NCBI GenBank assembly: GCA_000002435.2
Contig: CM018793.1
Source: Giardia intestinalis
Taxonomy: Eukaryota
Direction: 5' to 3' (one strand)
Length of the DNA stretch: 64,000 bases
This document shows positions 8,506 to 16,417 of the stretch, piece after piece. The notes below the pieces were generated by a model that made no database searches, was not told the origin of the DNA, and saw only the letters and a program-made list of their open reading frames with translations. The position numbers and the translations under genes were made by a program. How positions within the stretch are numbered: the stretch's first letter is position 1; each line of letters starts with the position of its first letter.

Positions 8506-10143
8506 CTACGTGCGTGAACTAAGTCTTCCTCGAAAGACAGACTTGTCTCGACGTATACTAATAAAGATAATAATTGTACCGACAATCAGGACCCCGGTAA
8601 ATGTCAAGGGAGTCCCATACGACTTGCCATTATTTAGACGAACAAGATCACTAACAAACCCCGCGAGAGGAGGCAGAGCAAACTGATAGACATTAAGAAA
8701 ACTCTCCGAAATGGCATAGGCAGTGTTGATTTGAGAGCTGCTCACAACCTTGCTGAAGAGGCTCTTGAGGAAGGCCGAGCTACCACCGTCTGCAATCCCA
8801 ATGATCGCCATCGGAATCAGATTGTACCACGCCGGGAGGACCATGATGAGGACAAATGCCACAGTAATGCTGATGTACGTAATGCACCCCAGAAAGGGCC
8901 GCCTGCCGACTGCGCCAGCAAGGATTCCACAAAGTGGCCCAAAAATGACGGCAAAGAGGGTCCGCATGACACCAAAGTACTCCGCAGTATGGCTAGTGAT
9001 CTCCTCATGTTGCACTTGAATGAAGGTGAGAAGAAGAGTCTGACAGCTCTCACAAACGGCAAGGAGGATGCTGAAGCTGAAGTTAATTAGCCAGAAGTCC
9101 GGGGGCAGGCTGACCAGCTGTTTCAGAAAGAATGTCTGAGAGGAGCGATTCGGCCTTGCAGGTAGTCGTGGAAGGATTGTAGTATTGATGTACACCGGAA
9201 GCGTGGGCACGAACGCTGTGTGTTTGAAGTATTCTTCCCGGGCCACCCGTGCTCGCTTGTCAATCCTCACCAATGGCAGACTGCACGCGGAAAAGATGAC
9301 TAGGGATAATACGGCAATGACAACAGATAGCCAGTATGAGAGTATTATTCTCTTCTCTAACCTAAGGTACTCTACTTGAGCCATGGGCTCTGGTCCCTCC
9401 AAGACAGATAAGTTTATGTCGCTGAAGAGGGGAGGAATCGTGCCAAAGCAAAGCAAGGCAGCTGCGGTAGAGATGCTCATGCACAGGCCGAACCCAAAGG
9501 ACTCTAGGTGGATTGGCATATACTTGGCTATCAGAGAGGCCTGGACGATCCACGATGATTCAGAGAAAAGACCAAACAAGACACGGGTGACAAGTAGCCA
9601 GCTAAAAGACGCCTGCACAAAGGGAATAAGGATGGAGACAGCTACAAACCAAATGCAGCAAAAGATCCCTACTGCTACGGGTCCGTATTTGTCTATTAGA
9701 GGGGCTACTAAAATAGTAATGACTAATGAGGGAAGGAAAGGCACAGAGGTCAGCCATCCCATTGCAGAATCTGTGATCCCCTTATAATAGTAGGGCAGAT
9801 ACGTGCTAAGAGGCACAAGAGCGTCATTAATGTACATGGAAGGAAAAGCGGCGAAGATCCCAGCGGTGAATACAAGGATGAGCTCACATTTATTGAGCAT
9901 AACACCAGGTGGGAGCGATGGCCGTGAAGGACGGCAGTACGCCCTACCGGAGTAAAACATCGTCGAGTGCATGGAGAACCGTCGGTCCAATAGGCGCTCG
10001 CGAGGAGAGCCGATGTGCTTCGGAGATAGCGCATTGCGGGTGCCCACCCGCAAGCGTTGGAAATCCTCAGGAAGAAGAGGCTCCACCTCGCTACCCTTGC
10101 AAAACCTGGCGAGTTTCACACGTGCGCCATACGCACTCCGCAT
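8506..10143 (-). CDS. Major facilitator superfamily-type transporter (about 12 predicted TM helices).
   Basis: 545-aa ORF with many hydrophobic helices (ILVFTAGIFAAF, VAVGIFCCIWFVAVSILIPFV, etc.). There is a real ATG at 10143, 58 bp downstream of the L35 stop. An alternative internal start is at 9972 (MHSTMF…). Confidence 0.7.
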   Translation of the reverse strand: MRSAYGARVKLARFCKGSEVEPLLPEDFQRLRVGTRNALSPKHIGSPRERLLDRRFSMHSTMFYSGRAYCRPSRPSLPPGVMLNKCELILVFTAGIFAAFPSMYINDALVPLSTYLPYYYKGITDSAMGWLTSVPFLPSLVITILVAPLIDKYGPVAVGIFCCIWFVAVSILIPFVQASFSWLLVTRVLFGLFSESSWIVQASLIAKYMPIHLESFGFGLCMSISTAAALLCFGTIPPLFSDINLSVLEGPEPMAQVEYLRLEKRIILSYWLSVVIAVLSLVIFSACSLPLVRIDKRARVAREEYFKHTAFVPTLPVYINTTILPRLPARPNRSSQTFFLKQLVSLPPDFWLINFSFSILLAVCESCQTLLLTFIQVQHEEITSHTAEYFGVMRTLFAVIFGPLCGILAGAVGRRPFLGCITYISITVAFVLIMVLPAWYNLIPMAIIGIADGGSSAFLKSLFSKVVSSSQINTAYAISESFLNVYQFALPPLAGFVSDLVRLNNGKSYGTPLTFTGVLIVGTIIIFISIRRDKSVFRGRLSSRT

Positions 10144-10201
10144 CTGCTATGTTCTACGCGGTGAAAGGGAAGCAAGAGAGTATTTACTAACACCAGGGTG
10201 C

Positions 10202-10609
10202 TCAGACCTTTACAGCATACTTCAGCTTCGGGAACTGGAGCTTGCGCTTCATGAGCTTGCTTGGCAGGAGGCGCTTTTGCTTCTCTGTCAGTTGGCAGCG
10301 CATGGCATGTGTCAGTCTTGGACGAAATGTCTTTGGAATGTGCTCCGCGCCCTCGAACGCGGCGCGCGCCTCGTCTCTTGCCTTTTGATTAATGACGGTG
10401 AGGACGCGAGCGACGTCCTTCTTGCAGACACGGAAACGGGCAATGCGCTCCGGGACTGGGCCTGCAGTGGCCTTCATTGTGCGGAGGCTTAGCAGCTCGC
10501 GCTTGAGATCTGCCAACTTGCGCTGAAGGTCCTCCTGGGAGAGGCCGACGAGATCTTTTGCTTTAAGTCCGGGCATCGCGGGCCCCCGATCTTTTTCGCT
10601 AGATTTCAT
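10202..10609 (-). CDS. RPL35: 60S ribosomal protein L35 (uL29).
   Basis: MPGLKAKDL…LSQEDLQRKLADLKRELLSLRTMKATAG…RVLTVINQKARDEARAAFEGAEHIPKTFRPRLTHAMRCQLTEKQKRLLPSKLMKRKLQFPKLKYAVKV is collinear with eukaryotic L35. The first ATG is 10609 in the context attttaaaATG; a second ATG lies at 10576. Confidence 0.85.
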   Translation of the reverse strand: MKSSEKDRGPAMPGLKAKDLVGLSQEDLQRKLADLKRELLSLRTMKATAGPVPERIARFRVCKKDVARVLTVINQKARDEARAAFEGAEHIPKTFRPRLTHAMRCQLTEKQKRLLPSKLMKRKLQFPKLKYAVKV

Positions 10610-10653
10610 TTTAAAATACATTGAATAACATCTATCTGGTAGGGGCAAACAGG

Positions 10654-11145
10654 ATGCCATGGCAAGTTGACTCTTCGGTGTGCGAGACGCTACAAAGAGC
10701 CAGGGGTATATGCCAGATGGTTACTCAGGCTTATCTTGCACGCCAAGCATGGTTCAGTGATGGATCCTGTGCAAACAAGAAGCAAGCTTTGTCACCAGAA
10801 CTGCGCTTGTCGGGAAGGCAGATCAAAAAGCGCGTGCTGGATAGCACAATATGCATCCAACGTGCGTGGCGGCAGCGATTACGTACCGAAGCCCGTCTGA
10901 AGCATCGCGAAAGCTGCCGGATTGCTGCGGCCTTGGGGGGTTCAGCAGGCTACCTTTACATAGGAGGTCTTGCAGGCCCGAGATCTCTGGCTGCAGACAT
11001 CGTAGAGAAGCTGAGTAGGGATGGTAAGTATTCATCATCAGCCGCTGCCGCTGCTTTTGCGCGTCGCTGGAAGCTCCTCCGAGCATTTTTCGCACTCAAG
11101 CGGGCCCGATTCTATGCACCCCGCGAAGGTCGTAGGCGCAGCTAG
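10654..11145 (+). CDS. Hypothetical small protein with an IQ-like motif (ICIQRAWRQRLR); weak call.
   Basis: This ORF fills the 547-bp gap between L35 and S17e. The track start at 10621 is TTG, and the first ATG is 10654. No strong domain is present, and it could be non-coding. Confidence 0.3.
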   Translation: MPWQVDSSVCETLQRARGICQMVTQAYLARQAWFSDGSCANKKQALSPELRLSGRQIKKRVLDSTICIQRAWRQRLRTEARLKHRESCRIAAALGGSAGYLYIGGLAGPRSLAADIVEKLSRDGKYSSSAAAAAFARRWKLLRAFFALKRARFYAPREGRRRS

Positions 11146-11156
11146 AAGACGATCAT

Positions 11157-11570
11157 TTACTCCCGGGTGTCCCTGGCCCTCTTTCTCATCGTTGGGTCGA
11201 TGACCTTCAGAGAGGTGGACATGCATTTGAAGCCAATCGAGTCTATCATCTGCTGCGTTGCCCCAGAGACGGTGATGTTCTCTACATCAAACTCAGACTT
11301 CTTTGGGGCATAGTTGTCCCTACGCTCGCGCTCCTCCTCCTGGAGCCTCAGAGAGATGCCGTGGACGGGTCCCTTAACGACGCGATTCATGAGCGTTGTG
11401 ACATAGCCAGCAACCTTATTCCTCAGGCGCTTGGATGGTATTATAGCTACGTTCCTCTTCGAGCAAATAGCCTTGTTGTTCTGGAAATCCTTGGGTTTCA
11501 GTGATTCGTAATTGTTCTCAACAATCTTGCGCGCAGCACGCTTGATTGTCTTGGTCCTGACTTTGCCCAT
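11157..11570 (-). CDS. RPS17: 40S ribosomal protein S17e (eS17).
   Basis: MGKVRTKTIKRAARKIVENNYESL…IIPSKRLRNKVAGYVTTLMNRVVKGPVHGISLRLQEEERERRDNYAPK matches eS17 almost residue-for-residue. Confidence 0.9.
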   Translation of the reverse strand: MGKVRTKTIKRAARKIVENNYESLKPKDFQNNKAICSKRNVAIIPSKRLRNKVAGYVTTLMNRVVKGPVHGISLRLQEEERERRDNYAPKKSEFDVENITVSGATQQMIDSIGFKCMSTSLKVIDPTMRKRARDTRE

Positions 11571-11676
11571 CTCGCGGCGAGGCCACTTTTACTGTAAAAA
11601 GTCAATTTAAAATGGTTTATTATTTAAGCGTGCCCGCGGGCCGGTTTTTGGCAATTTTTACGCAACCAAATTCGGC

Positions 11677-13713
11677 ATGAACAACCAGACGGACCGTCAA
11701 AAGCGAATTGCCGAACGCAGGAAGAACATTCGTGCAAAGTTAGCAGAGCTAACACAAGACATGGATCTAACCGGGGAGAACGCAGGGGTGGTGATTTCGT
11801 CATCGGTTGACCAAATAGCAGTATCAAACGCAGAGAAAGTTGTGTATGACACACTAGCGGGGTTTAGGGACAAGACTAGCGGTTTCATGGCCCACGTCGA
11901 TGGCCTACGGACACGAGCTGACAAAGAAGCCTTAGTAATCTTTAACACAGACAAAGAGAGCGCCCTTATCAGGCGGCAGACGCTTGCCAATGAAAAGACG
12001 GCTTGCAATAAGATTGATGCCTCTTTCAGTATGCGGTGGTCGACACTCATGGAAAAGGATACCCCAGAGGAGCTTGCAGCTGGAATTCTAGAGCTTCGTC
12101 GATACACGTTGGAAATGTTGGAGTCCAAAGATAGAGTGGTGAGCGCATTCGAGGAGTATCTAGCCACAGTGGATGAGGATTATATCCGTCTAATTCGAGA
12201 ACAATCGAAAGAGATTGATGAAGTCATTACGTATATGCGAAAGGTACTGGGAGAACTAAAGAATTACTCCCTCGCCAAAATAAAGGAGTGCGAAGACGCA
12301 TTCAACGAAGATCGTGCTGCTTTTATTAAAGAACGCGAGGCAGGACTCGACAAGCTGCGCGACGAGATAACTGCAATAGAAAATGCGTCTCTTGATGCGC
12401 GCACTAAATTGGCAGAGGAATATAACGACAACGTGGCCTTACAGGTTCTGCAGGACTACGAGGAATATACCTCTCTAAAACGGCGCTTAGAGGCAGAGGG
12501 CGTTGCTCTTCGGCAGCAGCTAGAAGAGATGCGCTCTGTCTATCAATTGAACACAGACAAGCTGGAATATAACTACCGCTTGCTTGCTGCAAGGGACGTA
12601 GAGAGCCAGAATCTCATGGTCCAGCAAAAGAAAAAGATCTCAAAGCTTCAAAATCAGCTTACCGCCCTCATTGCGCGGCACACAACCATAGATAGTCAAC
12701 TCAGGGAGGAGAATCTAGAGCTATCAACATCTTACAAGCGAATGTCCAACTTATATTGCGACCTCCAGGCCAAGTTCAAGTTGTTTGAACGAGTAGACAC
12801 CCAAAAGTTTCGTGAACTCTGGGCATACCATGAGCGTCGCATAGCCGAGTCCCTCAGGGACCTTCTGTTAGCAGAGCAGATCATCAACGAGTCTGTGCTC
12901 TGTGTTGAGGCCAAGAAAGGGATTAATGAAAGCTCAATAGAGTATTCTGTGATGGTGATGCTTAAGAAGTTACAGCATGCAGCTGGAGTCGCTGAGTATG
13001 ACGACACCATGACCGTTACCAAGGAAAATTCAATCCTGGATATTACCCGCTCAATTGATCCCATTGCATCGTGCGCCTTGGGGCCTGTTGCAGCCTCGCG
13101 ACTTCTGACAGAGCTAGCGGCTGAAGCAAGCTTCCTTGCAAGTGATGACCTCTTAAAGATTATGGCACCAGGCGAGGAACTGACACCCAAGATGCGTACC
13201 GATGCACTCCTCTCCACCTTGGGAATACGAAATGCAAGTGAGCTTGACTTGTTGTTCACACACGTTACTGTTAACGGAAAGGGATTTGAACTATTGCCAC
13301 GAGACAAGATCGTGAACTCTCTGCGTGCATTTGCAGCTGAGGTGGTTGTTAAACGAGAGGCTGGGCGGCAAGGTGAGACCACTACAGCAGGAAGCTCAAA
13401 GAAGGGCGGCATCTGGAGCAACGCGTCCCTCAAGACCTTCTGGAGAGAGCTCGCCAACCTTATATCTCCGGAGAAACAGGTCCTTTGGAAAGCTTTGGAC
13501 GACTCCCTGATTCAGTACAAAGAGATCCTGCAGGCCCGGACAGACCTAGTGACGCATAATGATCAGCTAGCAGCTCAGAATGAAGAGTTGCGGAACCTCC
13601 TTCAACAATACATCTCTCAGGAGCGGCAAGCACTGAGTGTGGGCGGAACGATGGTTGTTCCTGAGACAAACAACACACAATTTGTCGGTAACGCTCAGCC
13701 AGCGCATGCTTGA
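11677..13713 (+). CDS. DRC1: Nexin–dynein regulatory complex subunit 1 (DRC1/CCDC164 homolog), an axonemal coiled-coil protein.
   Basis: YQLNTDKLEYNYRLLAARDVESQNLMVQQKKKISKLQ…EENLELSTSYKRMSNLYCDLQAKFKLFERVDTQKFRELWAYHERR and the C-terminal QVLWKALDDSLIQYKEILQARTDLVTHNDQLAAQNEELRNLLQQYIS align to the conserved DRC1 blocks (human YQLNQEKLEYNLQVLKKRD…, [25 protein letters not shown]…LQQYL). Confidence 0.82.
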   Translation: MNNQTDRQKRIAERRKNIRAKLAELTQDMDLTGENAGVVISSSVDQIAVSNAEKVVYDTLAGFRDKTSGFMAHVDGLRTRADKEALVIFNTDKESALIRRQTLANEKTACNKIDASFSMRWSTLMEKDTPEELAAGILELRRYTLEMLESKDRVVSAFEEYLATVDEDYIRLIREQSKEIDEVITYMRKVLGELKNYSLAKIKECEDAFNEDRAAFIKEREAGLDKLRDEITAIENASLDARTKLAEEYNDNVALQVLQDYEEYTSLKRRLEAEGVALRQQLEEMRSVYQLNTDKLEYNYRLLAARDVESQNLMVQQKKKISKLQNQLTALIARHTTIDSQLREENLELSTSYKRMSNLYCDLQAKFKLFERVDTQKFRELWAYHERRIAESLRDLLLAEQIINESVLCVEAKKGINESSIEYSVMVMLKKLQHAAGVAEYDDTMTVTKENSILDITRSIDPIASCALGPVAASRLLTELAAEASFLASDDLLKIMAPGEELTPKMRTDALLSTLGIRNASELDLLFTHVTVNGKGFELLPRDKIVNSLRAFAAEVVVKREAGRQGETTTAGSSKKGGIWSNASLKTFWRELANLISPEKQVLWKALDDSLIQYKEILQARTDLVTHNDQLAAQNEELRNLLQQYISQERQALSVGGTMVVPETNNTQFVGNAQPAHA

Positions 13714-13754
13714 TGACTGTCTAAAGTGATGAGTAAATTATGATGCGAATAATG

Positions 13755-14243
13755 CTAGACGAAGTAGTCGACGGCAAATGACCACTTTCCGGTGACGTTA
13801 TCAAAGGAAATGAATCGGGCGCCCATTTCCAGGGTTCTCTGCTCTACCTGCGTCTGAAGGAAGGATTCTTGCGGCCCGGGCAGGAAAAACTCGATGCGGA
13901 GAAGTGTAATAATCGCGTGCTTATTGAGCTTAGTGCCCCGCGGCGGTGCATTACCATTGGGGTAGACCTCGCAGCCGCCCTTCTCCAGCACCAGATCCTT
14001 GGTAAAGTCCACGCCAGATATGTCAGTTTCACCAGACCAGCATATCATTCCGTACTCATTTGACACCATGAAGTTGTTAACACGTTGCAGCTCGGTAAGA
14101 GACAATTTGCGCAGAAGTTCTGCAGAGGGATTGTAGCGATATCTATTGTCGAGGATGGGCCTTCCAGTAGGCACGGCTCGTGGACTATACACGCATTCAG
14201 AATCCATTCGAGCGAAGATATTGCTAGTGGCTAGAGGGGCCAT
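13755..14243 (-). CDS. Stand-alone Nup98/Nup145N autoproteolytic-domain (peptidase S59 fold) homolog, 162 aa, terminating at the position equivalent to the Nup98 scissile bond.
   Basis: NFMVSNEYGMICWSGETDISGVDFTKDLVLEKGGCEVYPNGNAPPRGTKLNKHAIITL…GARFISFDNVTGKWSFAVDYFV* compared with human Nup98 [60 protein letters not shown]…[24 protein letters not shown]. ATG at 14243. Confidence 0.6.
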   Translation of the reverse strand: MAPLATSNIFARMDSECVYSPRAVPTGRPILDNRYRYNPSAELLRKLSLTELQRVNNFMVSNEYGMICWSGETDISGVDFTKDLVLEKGGCEVYPNGNAPPRGTKLNKHAIITLLRIEFFLPGPQESFLQTQVEQRTLEMGARFISFDNVTGKWSFAVDYFV

Positions 14244-14256
14244 CCGAGCTTAAAAA
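14244..14256. promoter_or_regulatory. 13-bp head-to-head spacer (ccgagcttaaaaa) between the start codons of the Nup98-APD-like gene (minus strand) and the FG-repeat gene (plus strand).
   Basis: The ATG at 14243..14241 on the minus strand and the ATG at 14257 on the plus strand are separated by only 13 bp, with an A-rich initiator on the plus side. Confidence 0.5.
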
Positions 14257-15957
14257 ATGTATGGACAACAGTCCAATGGAGCACAGGGCTTTGGCCTGAA
14301 TTTTTTCAACCAGGGACAACAACCTACGCAGCAGAACCCTTTTCAAAACACACAGGGGAACTCGCTAAGCTCGACTTTTGGGAACGCGTTCTCAACGTCT
14401 ACCACGAATCAATTTTTGGGCAACAAACTGAATACGGGCCAAGGCAACGTGTTTGGCCAACCGCAGAATCAATTCACTACATCTAGTAGTAACTTTCTTT
14501 CGACACCTCAGGTAGGGGGGTTTAACAGCTCAATGAACAAGCTTTCCACAGGACCCGGGCAATCGTCCTTTGGAGGGTTTGGAACATCTTTTGGACAAAC
14601 TTATACAGGCACTACACAGCAAAGCAATTCATTTGGGACATTGGGCAGCCAGACAACCTCAATGGGCACTGGGATGTTTAATCAGCAACAAAATAACTTA
14701 TTTAGTGGGCCAATGGTTAACAACCAAGGATCCATGGGGACCACCATGGGATTTGGAAATGCTGTGGGCCAAATTTCAAATCAGAATGGAAATACCTGCA
14801 TTTATAATACGGCCAGCAACACCAACGCCGATGTAGTGTGTATCCAAATTATCGATAAGACAGATTTTGTTTACGGGTTGATTGATGGTACCGTTGCCAT
14901 AGGATCCACAACTGCCCCACAGGCGCCTATTCAGCAATTCAAGCTGTCGAGCCCAATTCTTTCTTTGGCGGTCAATAATAACAAGGAGATCTTTACTGGG
15001 ACAATGAACGGCCTGTATGTAATTCAGCAGGGCAGCCAGCCCGTGCAAATTGGCACCTATAGTGGCCCAGTCTTCCAGATAGCTACAATTGGCAAGTACA
15101 TCTTTCATAGTGAGATGGTGCTTACCCAGGCTGGGCCGAAGCGTACGATCCAGCAGAGCAAGAACTCCTGGAGTGCCCACGTGAATACCGGCAACCAAGA
15201 GAACCTCCCTATAGCGTATACGATTAAGGTAGGAATGTACGATGGAACTTACAAGCCGGAGCTAGATGTCGCTGAGGCAGCGTGTAGCGGGCACTTCTTC
15301 TTGGTGTCCACTGGAGCGACCACTGGAGGATCGCTTAGCTGCGTACTTATGGTCCCGAACATTAACAATGAGAGGCCGTTTATCGTCTACAATATTAAGC
15401 AGGGAGGAGTAGGCATAAGTTCAAGAATGAGCATTGCTGAAGATACATCCATTAGTGTGAAGCTCAGTACTATTGCTGGAAATAAGCGCCTAAGTTCTGG
15501 AGTAATTGGGTGTGGCTACGATAGAGTAGGGCTTAAGGCCATGGTAGTTACTAATGACAGATGCATGCTGGTGTATGACCTTAACAACAAACTGGTCAAT
15601 CAGAAACAGCTTCAATTCCCGATCTTACATGCATGTTATTCAGATCATCACAGGACGTTTCTTTTCACCGCTGGAACTGAAATAGCATACTATCAAACGG
15701 TTGGAAACAACACTGGCGAGTGGGGCAAGATCCCGGGTACGTCTTTTGGAGAGATATGCAGCTTCAGTATCGATGATCAGAAACTTGCTATAGCCGTCGG
15801 CAGCGCCAGTGCATTGTATCAAGGGACGCCGAGTCAAGGGGCGTCAGGTCAAGTCCGGGTCTCCATTGCTCTTGTGAACCTTCCGTCAGTTCGTCAGGGA
15901 GTATACCCCAACACTTATCATCTGATAAGCAACAAGACTCCTACCAATGTCATTTAA
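14257..15957 (+). CDS. FG-repeat protein with a C-terminal beta-propeller-like domain; candidate FG-nucleoporin.
   Basis: The N-terminal ~170 aa are N/Q/T/S-rich with FG motifs (GFGLNFF, FGNAFS, FGGFGTSFGQ, SFGTLG, GFGNAVGQ). The remaining ~390 aa are beta-rich with blade-like repeats (GLIDGTVAIG, ILSLAVNNNKEIFTGTMNGLYVI, GPVFQIATIGKYIFHSE). Confidence 0.7.
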   Translation: MYGQQSNGAQGFGLNFFNQGQQPTQQNPFQNTQGNSLSSTFGNAFSTSTTNQFLGNKLNTGQGNVFGQPQNQFTTSSSNFLSTPQVGGFNSSMNKLSTGPGQSSFGGFGTSFGQTYTGTTQQSNSFGTLGSQTTSMGTGMFNQQQNNLFSGPMVNNQGSMGTTMGFGNAVGQISNQNGNTCIYNTASNTNADVVCIQIIDKTDFVYGLIDGTVAIGSTTAPQAPIQQFKLSSPILSLAVNNNKEIFTGTMNGLYVIQQGSQPVQIGTYSGPVFQIATIGKYIFHSEMVLTQAGPKRTIQQSKNSWSAHVNTGNQENLPIAYTIKVGMYDGTYKPELDVAEAACSGHFFLVSTGATTGGSLSCVLMVPNINNERPFIVYNIKQGGVGISSRMSIAEDTSISVKLSTIAGNKRLSSGVIGCGYDRVGLKAMVVTNDRCMLVYDLNNKLVNQKQLQFPILHACYSDHHRTFLFTAGTEIAYYQTVGNNTGEWGKIPGTSFGEICSFSIDDQKLAIAVGSASALYQGTPSQGASGQVRVSIALVNLPSVRQGVYPNTYHLISNKTPTNVI

Positions 15958-16417
15958 TCTCAGATACAGCAAGTTTGTGTGTAGTAAATCGGGGTCTGCC
16001 TCATTTCAGTTCCACGGTTTCATGCACAACAGGAGGATGAAAGGAACCATGAAGTAGAAGTAAACCTGCAGATACGCATGTACAGCAGGGTAGTATTCAT
16101 GGTTAGGCAGCTAGAGCACTGTCTCGAGACTAGTATTCTTCTACTTTTAACAGAACAACAGTGACCTACAGTGTTACATCAATTAAAGAGGTGGCCCCTG
16201 AGGAGAGGTAATCTGAAAGTCTATAATTTTCTTTTACCAGAAGTTCTTAGATTATAAAGTAAGATGGGATTGATTTGTTAGGTGGATACTCAGTACTAGG
16301 GCCACCGGTCCCAGTAAACTAATGCTACGGAACTTACTACCTGGTTCTACGGATAGAAAGCCTATCAATTATAAAGCTGATTGAAGTCAAGGCTTTACCA
16401 AAAATATCAGCAGCCTC

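Noticed and set aside
10621-10653. ORF-track starts at TTG/GTG/CTG codons (10621, 20696, 40121, 56174, 37889, 39251, 3080, 8150, 44734, 26633)
   Set aside because: On inspection these M residues in the supplied translations are non-ATG codons. Giardia is not known to initiate at these, so I moved the starts to the first in-frame ATG, or flagged the gene as lacking one.
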